Shown piece by piece: positions 1-10,631 of a DNA stretch of 64,000 bases. The DNA is taken from NCBI RefSeq assembly GCF_006345805.1, contig NC_043014.1:11532001-11596000 (forward strand), read 5' to 3'. The DNA is from Octopus sinensis (Eukaryota). The notes under the pieces were generated by a model. That model did no database searches, had not been told where the DNA came from, and saw only the letters and a list, made by a program, of their open reading frames with translations. Numbering within the stretch: position 1 is the first letter of the stretch; every line of letters starts with the position of its first letter. Both the position numbers and the translations under genes were made by a program.

Positions 1-146
1 CAGAACGACCGCTTCATGCGGCTCCATTTAATTGAACAATGCAATCATTACATCAATTTAAATGCAGTGCTATCTTCAGCTGCATTTAAATTTATGTAAT
101 GATTTCATTGTTCAATTAAATGGAGTCGCTTGAAACGGTCGCACTG
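1..146. repeat. Imperfect hairpin (MITE-like foldback), probably extending left of the window
   Basis: 1-67 (CGACCGCTTCATGCGGCTCCATTTAATTGAACAATG...AATTTAAATGCAG) is the reverse complement of 80-146 (CTGCATTTAAAT...CATTGTTCAATTAAATGGAGTCGCTTGAAACGGTCG), with a 12-nt loop. Confidence 0.85.
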
Positions 147-271
147 CATTGCTACTTGATATCCTGTTGTTTATTTTGATTTTATCCACCTTACTTCAAG
201 CTGTGGATAATACCGGACCGACTTGGTACTTCAACTTAAGTACCTAATTCAACTGAATCTGAATTATTTCT

Positions 272-302
<31 letters not shown>

Positions 303-663
303 ATGTATGTATGCATAATGTCAATGCGTGTCTGTACCCCTCCCCACCGGTATTGGTTCGCTTACGTCCCCGTAATTTAGCGAGCCAGCAATCCTTCAAG
401 GCGATGCCCCGGAATAACTGCGATCCAATGACTGAATCAAGTAAATAAAAAAGATAAATAAATATGATATAATAAACAAAGAATAAGTTGTAGGTATATT
501 TAAAGATTAAAAAAACACGCAATTTACCTGCTACGGACTTGTGGGTTCATTGAAAGTATGAGGAAATCAAAACATGGTATCGTCAGCAGAAGTCTGTGAC
601 TATCCAAATGTATTGAGATTAACGTTTTAGGAGAGTAGTATATCAAACCAACAAGTTAAGATA

Positions 664-1195
664 TACGAGGGTGAGTCAAAAAGTAATGCCATTTTGTTTA
701 GGACGGGTATAATTACCAACACAGGAACATATATCATACATCAAACTGAAGCTGGTCCTCTGTAGATCACATCCCTATTCCTCAACACGGTCACCATTTC
801 TCTCAATAGCAATGTTACACCTTCGAATGAGAGCATGTATCCCTGCCCCGTTAAATTCTGTTGACTGTTCCTTGAGCCACTTCTTCACAACAGTTTGCAC
901 TTCCTCGTCACTGGAATAATGTTTGCCTCTCAAACCCTCTTTCATGGGGCCGAAGTGATGATAGTCCAGTGACGAGGAAGTGAACACTGTAGTGAAGAAG
1001 TGACTCAAAGAACAGTCAACAGAATTTTATGGGGCAGGGATGCATACTCTCATTACTATTGAGAGAAACGGTGACTATGTTGAGAAGCAGGGATGTGATC
1101 CACAGAGGACCAGCTTCATTTTGATGTATGATACATGTTCCTGTGTTGGTAATTATACCCGTCCTAAACAAAATGGCATTACTTTTTCACTCTCC
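664..1195. mobile_element. Mariner-derived foldback non-autonomous element (two inverted 3' ends)
   Basis: Starts TA-CGAGGGTGAGTCAAAAAGTAATGCC; degenerate mirror end GGCATTACTTTTTCACTCTCC. Minus ORF 775-1008 encodes a mariner transposase C-terminus (DYHHFGPMKEGLRGKHYSSDEEVQTVVKKWL...ERNGDRVE). The same segment recurs on + from 966. Confidence 0.85.
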
Positions 1196-1480
1196 AATTG
1201 CAGAAAAAAGCGGAGGTGAGAGAAAAAGAAATAAAGGGGCAGTTAGATTTATGGGGATTATTTGTATTATCCAGATTGATAAGGCGGAGAGGGTGCAAAA
1301 TCGTTTGCACGCTGGGCGAAATGCTTAACCGTATTTCGTACATACTTATATACATATGATCATAACAGTATAAACTTTAACATTCACATATAAACGATTA
1401 ACACTAATATACTCGTACATACAATGAGATCTACTTATGTAAATGCTACAGTAAAGCCCATACACGTCTAATTCTAATTT

Positions 1481-1860
1481 GTGTGGTAAGTAGCTTGCTA
1501 ACCAACCACATGGTTCCGGGTTCAGTCCCACTGCGTGGCATCTTGGGTAAGTGTCTTCTGCTATAGCCCTGGGCCGACCAATGCCTTGTGAGTGGATTTG
1601 GTAGACGGAAACTGAAAGAAGCCTGTCGTATATATGTATATATATATATATATATGTGTGTGTGTCTGTGTTTGTCCCCCTAGCATTGCTTGACAACCGA
1701 TGCTGGTGTGTTTACGTCCCCGTCACTTAGCGGTTCGGCAAAAGAGACCGATAAAATAAGTACTGGGCTTACAAAGAATAAGTCCCGGGGTCGATTTGCT
1801 CGACTAAAGGCGGTGCTCCAGCATGGCCGCAGCCAAAAGACTGAAACAAGTAAAAGAGTA
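1481..1860 (+). mobile_element. SINE family B (CORE-like, internal TA/TG microsatellite), head-truncated
   Basis: GTGTGGTAAGTAGCTTGC...GGTTCAGTCCC (B-box-like)...CTTGGGTAAGTGTC...GGCGGTGCTCCAGCATGGCCGCAG...GAAACAAGTAAAAGAG; more than 10 related copies in the window. Confidence 0.85.
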
Positions 1861-2005
1861 ATATAATACGATGGTAGTCACTCGTAGTCCGAGAAAGACA
1901 GTTCTGCAATTTCTTATAGAAACAAACCTTCACAAGTGATTTGTTTGTAGCGATCAAATGTATGTGTTGTACATTCGCTCACTACCGCCATCAAATCGAC
2001 CTTAC

Positions 2006-2077
2006 CTGAACAGGTGCGCGGTGTACCTCGCGTCGGGGGTCGAAGTGATCGCAAAATAACGTGAGATGGAGTCCCAT
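2006..2077 (-). CDS. Candidate orphan 72-nt exon, product unknown
   Basis: CpG-rich unique island. Minus-strand acceptor TTCCTATACCAAG| and strong donor CAG|GTAAGG. Length is a multiple of 3 and all three frames are open (e.g. WDSISRYFAITSTPDARYTAHLF). No homologue recognised. Confidence 0.25.
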
Positions 2078-2183
2078 CTTGGTATAGGAATATATACTGA
2101 CTAACAGTAATATACTCGTACATACAATGAAATCTACTTATGTGAATGCTACAGTAAAGCCCATACACGTCTAATTCTAATTT

Positions 2184-2571
2184 GTGTGGTAAGTAGCTTG
2201 CTAACCAACCACATGGTTCCGGGTTCAGTCCCACTGCGTGGCATCTTGGGTAAGTGTCTTCTGCTATAGCCCTGGGCCGACCAATGCCTTGTGAGTGGAT
2301 TTGGTAGACGGAAACTGAAAGAAGCCTGTCGTATATATGTATATATATATATATATATGTGTGTGTTTGTGTGTCTGTGTTTGTTCCCCTAACATTGCTT
2401 GACAACCGATGCTGGTGTGTTTACTTCCCCGTCACTTAGCGGTTCGGCAAAATGAGACCGATAGAATAAGTACTGGGCTTACAAAAAGAATAAGTCCCGG
2501 GATCGAGTTGCTCGACTAAAGGCGGTGCTCCAGCATGGCCGCAGTCAAATGACTGAAACAAGAAAAAGAGT
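2184..2571 (+). mobile_element. SINE family B, duplicate of the 1481 copy
   Basis: Near-identical to 1481-1860, with the same head truncation and the same ~76-bp upstream flank. Confidence 0.85.
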
Positions 2572-2745
2572 ATATACACAAATACAAAAGTATGTACATA
2601 CACACACATATACATAGCTAGTTTGACACGCATAAAAATATATTAAGATATATATATGTGTGTTATATATATATATATATATAACACAAATATATATAAA
2701 TACAGGTACATAAACTTGCCAACCAATAATTACATATACATGTAC

Positions 2746-3020
2746 ATTTCGTCGCCCTTTTCAAGCCTAGCCAGGCTCATGGACCCGGTTTCTATGGCGT
2801 ATGTGTTCCCCCCAGCTGGACGGGACGCTAGTCCATTGCAGTGTTACTCAAGAAACAGGAAGAAAGTTGTGACTAAAGACTACACCAGGGGTCGCCACCA
2901 CTTCCTGCCGGAGTCTCGTGGAGCTTTTAGGTGTTTTCGCTCAATAAACACACACAACGCCCGGTCTGGGAATCGAAACCGCGAATCCGCTGCTCTAACC
3001 ACTGGGCCATTGCGCCTCCA
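2746..3020 (-). mobile_element. SINE family C variant (tRNA-like head, different tail)
   Basis: Minus-strand head TGGAGGCGCAATGGCCCAGTGGTTAGAGCAGCGG...GGTTTCGATTCCCAGACC matches 5443; the tail differs. Confidence 0.7.
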
Positions 3021-3083
3021 TATATGTACATACCTATGCATAAATACATGCAAAAACAGATATTTTTTAGTAAATGTATGTAA

Positions 3084-3465
3084 CTAGCAGTATCGCCCGG
3101 CGTTGCTCGGGTTTGTAAGGGAAATAACTATATAAGCATTTCTAGAGCTGTAAAGTATAATAGCCATCTCAATATGGCTAACCACAAAGGGGGCGTGTTA
3201 CTGTAGCTTTTTACGTTCTGAGATTTAATAAATTTTTAGAGAGTTACTTCCCTTATATATGCCAAAACTGCATTAAAATTGATGGTAAATTTTTTTTTTA
3301 TCGTAGACTCATCGTAGACGCGCGCTAATACCCAGAAGGGCTCGATATGAATCACGATTATAAGATACCCGGTTTTGGTTAAACTGCACCGTAAAATGTG
3401 GGAGTAGTTAGGAATCTAAATCGTAGGAGACAGACAGCACACAACCTTCCTTTTATATATAAAGA
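3084..3465 (-). mobile_element. Non-autonomous Helitron, family 1
   Basis: Minus strand: 5' A|TCTTTATATATAAAA, subterminal hairpin CCCGAGCAACGCCGGG, 3' CTAG|T. Related copies at 25105 and 35260. Confidence 0.85.
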
Positions 3466-3780
3466 TGATAATTTCAAACATAGATATATGCCAAATTTTG
3501 TCCATTTTCAAGAGAAGTCGCTACTAATTACTTTTGAAGTCTTCTTTGAACACTCAGGTATCAGTTTACCTGGAAAGAAAGAATGCAGTTATTAATATGG
3601 AGACTTGAAAGTTATGCATGCAAGATTTTACGTCTCTTGCATCACTTCTTCATAGTCAGCCTATGAACTTTTCAGCTCACCCTCGTACTAGAATTTAGGT
3701 ATGGTAAGAGTCTTAGCTAGTACTTTAACAAATCATTTCATGAAGCAATGAGCCTCTTACAATACGTCTAAATGGGTGAT

Positions 3781-4163
3781 GGAAGCACTCCGTCGGTTAC
3801 GACGACGAGGGTTCCGGTTGATCCGATCAACGGAACAGCCTGCTCGTGAAATTAACGTGCAAGTGGCTGAGCACTCCACAGACACGTGTACCCTTAACGT
3901 AGTTCTCGGGGATATTCAGCGTGACACAGAGAGTGACAAGGCCGGCCCTTTGAAATACAGGTACAACAGAAACAGGAAGTAAGAGCGAGAGAAAGTTGTG
4001 GTGAAAGAGTACAGCAGGGATCACCACCATCCCCTGCCGGGGCCTCGTGGAGCTTTTAGGTGTTTTCGCTCAATAAACACTCACAACGCCCGGTCTGGGA
4101 ATCGAAACCGCGATCCTACGACCGCGAGTCCGCTGCCCTAACCACTGGGCCATTGCGCCTCCA
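3781..4163 (-). mobile_element. SINE family C (tRNA-Arg-like head), full length with long TSD
   Basis: Reverse complement of 5443-5828. Flanked by a ~23-bp duplication GA(G/A)CCTCTTACAATACGTCTAAA at 3750-3772 and 4165-4187. Confidence 0.9.
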
Positions 4164-4794
4164 CGAACCTCTTACAATACGTCTAAAATGACAACTACAA
4201 ATATAAAAATTTACATATTTCGGCACTAAGCCTATTCTTCTTCGCCCCCGACCAGGCTGTGAGCTGCCCAAGCTGAGGGTCGGCGGGCGCTTTGTGCCTT
4301 CTCTTTATCCTTATCATCCTTGCATCATTATAATTCATTTCATTAATGTGTTTGTCCAGCCCGCAAAGCTACCTTACTCTTTGTACTGTCTTTATCACAA
4401 ATTTAATAAAATAATGAGTCTTAGCTAGATAAAAGATATTTATCCAATCGTGCCTATGAATAACTTCTTTCTAAATGAGTCCCACTGAGATTAATACACT
4501 AAACAAAATCTCTTAAATGCTAAACATGTTGTATTAAGACTATTCGTTGAAAAAGCATATGAGTAAAACGAGTTGAGCAAAGGGATTGCCGTTCGAGATT
4601 TTCGTATTTTGATCTTACGAGAACAACGTCTAATATATTAGATGAGAGTGTAATACTTAAATTTTTCTGGACTTCTAAGTCCCGTAACACATAAAGGCTT
4701 TCATAATTTTGTGTCTTACACTTAATAAATATTTCACTCCTTTTATTTGATAATTTTCTTTATTTGCTAGTAAAATTCTAAAGCTACATATCTA

Positions 4795-5181
4795 TTTCTT
4801 TATTACCCACAAGGGGCTAAACATAGAGGGGACAGACAAGGACAGACAAACGGATTAAGTCGATTACATCGATCCCAGTACGTAACTGGTACTTAATTTA
4901 TCGACCCCGAAAGGATGAAAAGCAAAGTCGACCTCGGCAGAATTTGAACTCAGAACGTAGCGGCAGACGAAATACCTATTTCTTTACTACCCACAAGGGG
5001 CTAAACACAGAGAGGACAGACAAACGGATTAAGTCGATTACATCGACCCCAGTACATAACTGGTACTTAATTTATCGACCCCGAAAGGATGAAAGGCAAA
5101 GTCGACCTCGGCAGAATTTGAACTCAGAACGTAGCGACGGGCGAAATACCGCGAAACACGTCTCTGCCAGCTCGCCGCCTT
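4795..5181 (-). mobile_element. SINE family A with 2 tandem body units and one head
   Basis: Two copies of TTTCTTTA..ACCCACAAGGGGCTAAAC...GAATTTGAACTCAGAACGTA, then one head ending CCAGCTCGCCGCCTT. Confidence 0.85.
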
Positions 5182-5442
5182 ACACAATTGACATTCACCT
5201 CTGATATGGCATCATTAAATTCAAAATACTTCGTTCGAGTATAAAATCGATGGCTTTAGATTTAAAATTCCATCGGTACTTCGCCAGTTAAGTGGAATAT
5301 TTTAATTTTGAACTGTCAAAAAAGTACTTGTACATAGACAGCCTAATTTTGATATAATTAGAGTTACAGTCTATATATTAACTATTTCTGTTACTGAAAT
5401 CGGCAATACGTATGCGTATGTAAGTGCATGTATATGTGATAG

Positions 5443-5828
5443 TGGAGGCGCAATGGCCCAGTGGTTAGGGCAGCGGACTTGCGGTCGTAGGATCGCGGTT
5501 TCGATTCCCAGACCGGGCGTTGTGAGTGTTTATTGAGTGAAAACACCTAAAAGCTCCACGAGGCTCTGGCAGGGGATGGTGGTGATCCCTGCTGTACTCT
5601 TTCACCACAACTTTCTCTCACTCTTACTTCCTGTTTCTGTTGTACCTTGTATTTCAAAGGGCCGGCCTTGTCACTCTCTGTGTCACGCTGAATATCCCCG
5701 AGAACTACGTTAAGGGTACACGTGTCTGTGGAGTGCTCAGCCACTTACACGTTAATTTCACGAGCAGGCTGTTCCGTTGATTCGGATCAACTGGAACCCT
5801 CATCGTCGTAACCGACGGAGTGCTTCCA
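5443..5828 (+). mobile_element. SINE family C, full length
   Basis: A-box TGGCCCAGTGG and B-box GGTTTCGATTCC; TSD-like TATGTGATA on both sides. Confidence 0.9.
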
Positions 5829-6202
5829 TATGTGATAACATATCTGAGTGTAAACACGCCTGATTGTATGTCTGTATAATTCATCTTTTGGTCTTTATAT
5901 GTGGATATTTATATTCCTGTGCTAGAGTTTATGTGTATATTAGCATGTATATGATAGTGTATATCGCAGTATCGTTATTTTCCAGTTTGATTTATAATTC
6001 TTCGAACTCTTTATTTTCTGTGCGTTTAGTCTCAGATCACAGTCTGCTGACGACATCATATTTCAACTAACGGACCGACAGCTTGTCTGATAAATACAAA
6101 GTGTCTGTAACTTGTTCTTTGTTCTATTCTTTGTTTCATTCTGGGTTAATTTTTAATGTATAAATCTCCTCGGTGACTAAGCCTCGCGTTTATTCGATAT
6201 TC

Positions 6203-6250
6203 TGCTCTGAAGAAGTGGTTATGCCAATACCTACGAAACAGTTGTAAGCA
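6203..6250 (+). ncRNA. Type I hammerhead ribozyme motif, canonical core
   Basis: Stem I TGCT(6203-06)/AGCA(6247-50). Core CTGAAGA 6207-13 plus one extra A. Stem II GTGG/CTAC. GAAA 6235-38. Stem III ACA/TGT. GUA cleavage triplet 6244-46. Confidence 0.7.
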
Positions 6251-6625
6251 TATGGATTATCTAGAACTAGCACTATGACCCGGCCTAGTGCATGCATATA
6301 CAGCTGCATGCGTGCGCACATACATGTGAGTACTGTCCAAATCTCCGACCAATCACATACAGCTAGCTGGCATTCAATTGGCGTATCAAGTTTCGGGCAT
6401 TTTGATTGGGTTTTAGATAGAAAATTCACAAAAAAGTAACTTCTATTTATTTTTAATGGCTTTGCGGGGTGACTGGGAAAATGTAAAGATGTGCACGAAC
6501 ACCCTTGGACGGTTTTGAATGACCATAGAAAGTGCGAGCCCTCTAACTGAAAAATTGTGGATTTGTATAAAGGACACACACACACACAGACAGACATTTT
6601 GCTGTTTATATATAGAGAGATTACA

Positions 6626-6851
6626 AGACAGATTCTTCAAGCCGATCCAACCAACAGGAGACCAAGGAGTAGGCCAAGAACGTGATGGTTGGATAATATC
6701 CAACTTGTCTCAGTTGGTCACCCTTGAAAATTCAGCAGGAAAATGTAATGACGTTGATTATGACAGGACCCTATGGAGGACATGCCTAATGACTCTAGCA
6801 ACACGACCACCCAACAACACAGGAATAGCGGGCGGAGAAAATAGATGGATT
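6626..6851 (+). mobile_element. RTE-clade (Expander/Rex3-like) LINE 3' end, degenerate
   Basis: Translates RQILQADPTNRRPRSRPRT*WLDNI and DRTLWRTCLMTLATRPP, and ends GCGGAGAAAATAGATGGAT; these resemble the RTE C-terminus and GGAT-type tail. Confidence 0.7.
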
Positions 6852-7034
6852 ATCAAATAAATCTGCCTTGGTTTGCTATTGTTATTAAATCATTACATGC
6901 ACTCGGTGGATTTTAGAGCCTGTGCATATATCTGGATGGATCTTAAATTCTTATGGATCACATGGAACTCTAAATAAATGGTTCAATTTTGTGCTTATAG
7001 GCACATTAATAGCAATGTATGCAGGCGTGTGTGT

Positions 7035-7200
7035 AGATAGATATATAGATAGATAGATAGATAGATGGATAGATGGATGGATGGATGGATGGATGGATGG
7101 ATGGATAGATAGATAGATAGATGGATGGATAAATAGATAGAGGGATAAATAGATAGATGGATGGATAGATAGATGGATAAATAGATAGATAGATAGATAG
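7035..7200. repeat. (GATA)n/(GGAT)n compound microsatellite
   Basis: Direct inspection. Confidence 0.95.
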
Positions 7201-7220
7201 GCTTTAAAAATACTATATAT

Positions 7221-7535
7221 ATTACTGGTGAAAACCTATTTATAGGGTTACCCTGGGTTTCTCGCCATAAAAATACTCTTTATGGCGGATCATCAGACCC
7301 TAAGGCCTACTATGGCCTCTTTAAAGTATGGAAGGGGAAACGAACCGGATATAAGCAATGGGGATTATCTCCCTCTTCTGGTGGTCATCGGCATTATTTA
7401 TATCCGGTTTGTTTTCCCCTCCACACTTTAAAGAGGCCATAGGCCAACAAGTCTTGGGGACTGATGATATGCCGTAAAGATGCTTTTATGGCGAGAATCT
7501 CAGGGTAACCTTATAAACCGGCCTTCACGGGTAAT
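7221..7535. mobile_element. Degenerate hairpin MITE (~130-bp arms)
   Basis: TTATAGGGTTACCCTG..TCTCGCCATAAAA..TATGGCCTCTTTAAAGT..GGGGAAA..CCGGATATAA is mirrored by TTATATCCGG..TTTCCCC..ACTTTAAAGAGGCCATA..TTTTATGGCGAGA..CAGGGTAACCTTATAA. Confidence 0.8.
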
Positions 7536-7607
7536 AAATATAGGCTGCTCTACTTCTTAGATTGTGCTTCTTCTCCGTTTTTATGTTTTTCTATATAAAA
7601 AAAAACG

Positions 7608-8110
7608 GGATCTTTACCTTTTGACCGACAGATTTAAAAACTAATTTTTTGTAACTAAACACTTTCAAACTTCGGACACTGGTAGAATGTGTCATATAAA
7701 ACATCTTTTACAAAATCTCTTAAATGCTAAACATGTTGTATTAAGACTATTCGTTGAAAAGCATATGAGTAAAACGAGTTGGGCAAAGGGATTGCCGTTC
7801 GAGGTTTTCATCATTTGATCATACGAGAACAGGGTCTATTAGACGAGAGTGTAATACTTAAATTTTTCGGGACTTCTAGTCCCGTAACACATAAAGGGGA
7901 TCTTTACCTTATGACCGACAAAATTTTTAAAATAATTTTTTGTAACTAAACACCTTCAAACTTCGGATACTGGTAGAATGTGTCATATAAAACATCTTTT
8001 ACTCTTAGCGTTTTTAAGAAAAACTTATATTTACGAAGTAATTTCACGTTAAAGTTGTAGTATTTCCGTAATTTCAACCAATCAATGACGTGTATTCACC
8101 TGAATAAAAT
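7608..8110 (+). mobile_element. Two left ends of the GGATC-ended MITE family separated by a copy of 4503-4697
   Basis: GGATCTTTACCTT..GACCGACA..CTGGTAGAATGTGTCATATAAAACATCTTTT at 7608 and 7898. The intervening 7710-7897 matches 4503-4697. Confidence 0.8.
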
Positions 8111-8400
8111 TACTGCCGTTGTTTGTCAAGAAGAACTTCCGACGGTGTATATTTTTAGCTTTTATATGCGTTTGGAGACCCACTTCCTCGTCGCAACCCC
8201 CAAAAAGAATAATTTCACGGTCTTTCAAAAGTTTACACATTTTTATGACGTCAACACCCCACACACGCACACGCGCACACATACTCACACACTGTGACGT
8301 AATAAGATTTATATATTTGTGTGCGCGTGCGTGTGTGAATGTAATGTTTATTTTTATATTTATTTCGACTTTTGATTTTCATTCTTTATTTTCCCGTCTG

Positions 8401-8562
8401 CATCATCATCGTCATCATCGTCTTCTTCTTCTTCTTCTTCTTCTTCTTCTCCTCCTCTTCCTACTTCTTCTTCTTCTTCTTCTCTTCTTTTCTTCTTCTT
8501 CTTCTTCTTCTTTCTTCTTCTACTACTACTACTACTACTACTTCTCCTCCTTCTTCTTATCC

Positions 8563-8610
<48 letters not shown>

Positions 8611-8622
8611 TCCTCGTCTTCC

Positions 8623-8655
<33 letters not shown>

Positions 8656-8667
8656 TCCTCGTCTTCC

Positions 8668-8706
<39 letters not shown>

Positions 8707-8744
8707 TCCTCGTCTTCCTACTTCTTTTTCTTCTTCTTCTTCTT

Positions 8745-8777
<33 letters not shown>

Positions 8778-8844
8778 CTCCTTCTTCTTCTCCTCCTCTT
8801 CCTACTTCTTCTTCTTCTTCTTCTTATCCTCCTCTTCCTACTTC

Positions 8845-8875
<31 letters not shown>

Positions 8876-8987
8876 ACTACTACTACTACTTCTCCTCCTT
8901 CTTCTTCTCCTCCTCTTCCTACTTCTACTTCTTCTTCTTTCTTCTTCTTCTTCCTCTTCTTCTTCTTCTTCTCTTCTTCTTCTTCTT

Positions 8988-9028
<41 letters not shown>

Positions 9029-9073
9029 CCTTATTATTATCCTTCTTATTATTATCCTTCTTCTTCTTCTTCT

Positions 9074-9108
<35 letters not shown>

Positions 9109-9143
9109 TCCGTTTTCTTCCGCCTTCATTTCATCATCATCAT
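8401..9143. repeat. (CTT)n/(CTA)n compound microsatellite with higher-order units
   Basis: Direct inspection; explains the low-complexity ORFs 8119-9210 and 8372-9496. Confidence 0.97.
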
Positions 9144-9558
9144 TCCCTTTTTTCTTTTTTTTTTTGTTCTGCTACCCTTTTTTAGCCACATCACCCAAAG
9201 GACATCTTAAATGGAAAGACAAGGGTTTAATAAACAATATGTTTCTGCTCTCTTCTTTGTCCTTCCTCCTTTTGTTTTTTGTTTGTTTTATTATTATTAT
9301 TATTATTTTTGTTTTGTTTTGTTTTTTTATAGTTTTCTTTCTCCTTCTTCATTCAATTTCCCCCCCCCTCGTCCTGACCCGATCTTCTTCGTTCGAATCC
9401 CTCCAAAACACACATTTCCAAAATCCCCATTTCCATTTGTTCACTTCCTACCTTTATTTCCCCATTTTTCCGACCCTTTCCTTTACACTAACATAACTAG
9501 GAATAATAATAATAAAAAAAGGGCCACATCAAAATAGTTACAATTTCTGTTCCTTTAG

Positions 9559-9745
9559 GTCACCTCCCGAAGCCGATGTGTTTCCCACCGAAGGACTGGG
9601 TGGCCTCTTCAGTATTACAAACCAAAACAAGTTCCGCCTGCCAAGGGGTCTCTCGCCGAAAGCCCTTAATTCCCGACGTCGGTCTTCGCCAGCTGCTGTG
9701 CATCGGACTTCTTTCCCCAAATTTTTGGAGAGGCGACTCAGTTAA
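9559..9745 (+). CDS. Candidate terminal coding exon of an unidentified upstream gene
   Basis: Acceptor ATTTCTGTTCCTTTAG|G at 9558/9559. GC-rich island open for 61 codons: SPPEADVFPTEGLGGLFSITNQNKFRLPRGLSPKALNSRRRSSPAAVHRTSFPKFLERRLS*. No homologue recognised. Confidence 0.35.
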
Positions 9746-9896
9746 TGTTTTTAGGGGACAAATAATTCTGGTCGGTTCTTTCGTTGCTGATTGATGGTCG
9801 AATTTCCGCCCCCCCTTCTTTGAACAGAACAAAAGCCGTGTGGTGGCAAAAATGCACGTTTCAGTTCTTATTTAATTTTACATTAAATGAAATAAT

Positions 9897-9923
9897 TATG
9901 ATGATGATGATAACGATGATGAC

Positions 9924-9964
<41 letters not shown>

Positions 9965-9977
9965 CGATGATGACGAA

Positions 9978-10016
<39 letters not shown>

Positions 10017-10216
10017 CGTGGTGGTGGTGGTGACGTAACCGATGAACTTGACGACGATGATCATGACGATGGCGACGATAACGATGATAACGACAGCGAT
10101 GACAACGACGACGATGATGATGATGATGATGACAATGATGACGATAAGGACAACGATGATAAGGATAATGACGACGAGGATGATAGCGATAACGATGACG
10201 ACGATGTTGATCACAG

Positions 10217-10288
<72 letters not shown>

Positions 10289-10521
10289 CGATGACGATGA
10301 TGACGATGACGATGATGACGATGATGATGATGATGACGATGACGATGATGATGATGATGACGACGATGATGATGATGATGATTATGATGATGATGATGAA
10401 GATGATGATGATTATGATGATGATGATGATTATGATGATGATGATGAAGATGATGATGATTATGATGATGATGATGATTATGATGACGACGATGTTGACC
10501 ACGATGATGATGATGTTGGTG

Positions 10522-10563
<42 letters not shown>

Positions 10564-10631
10564 TGATGATGACGACGACGACGACGACGACGACGATGAT
10601 GACGATGATGATGATGATGATGATGATGATT
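9897..10631. repeat. (GAT)n/(GAC)n compound microsatellite
   Basis: Direct inspection; explains the poly-M and poly-I ORFs. Confidence 0.97.

Noticed and set aside
1346-2405. Repeated MSSNARG...TYPRCHAVGLNPEPCGW ORFs (also at 16280, 16573, 32771)
   Set aside because: Chance open frame of SINE family B; no evidence of a protein family.
4257-4279. Microexon GCELPKLR
   Set aside because: Weak donor (GTCGGC) and no supporting context.
5443-5520. tRNA-Arg gene
   Set aside because: The tRNA-like head lacks a proper acceptor stem and continues into a SINE body with TSDs.
8119-10566. Long ORFs (363, 374, 213, 174 aa)
   Set aside because: Translations of stop-free triplet microsatellites.
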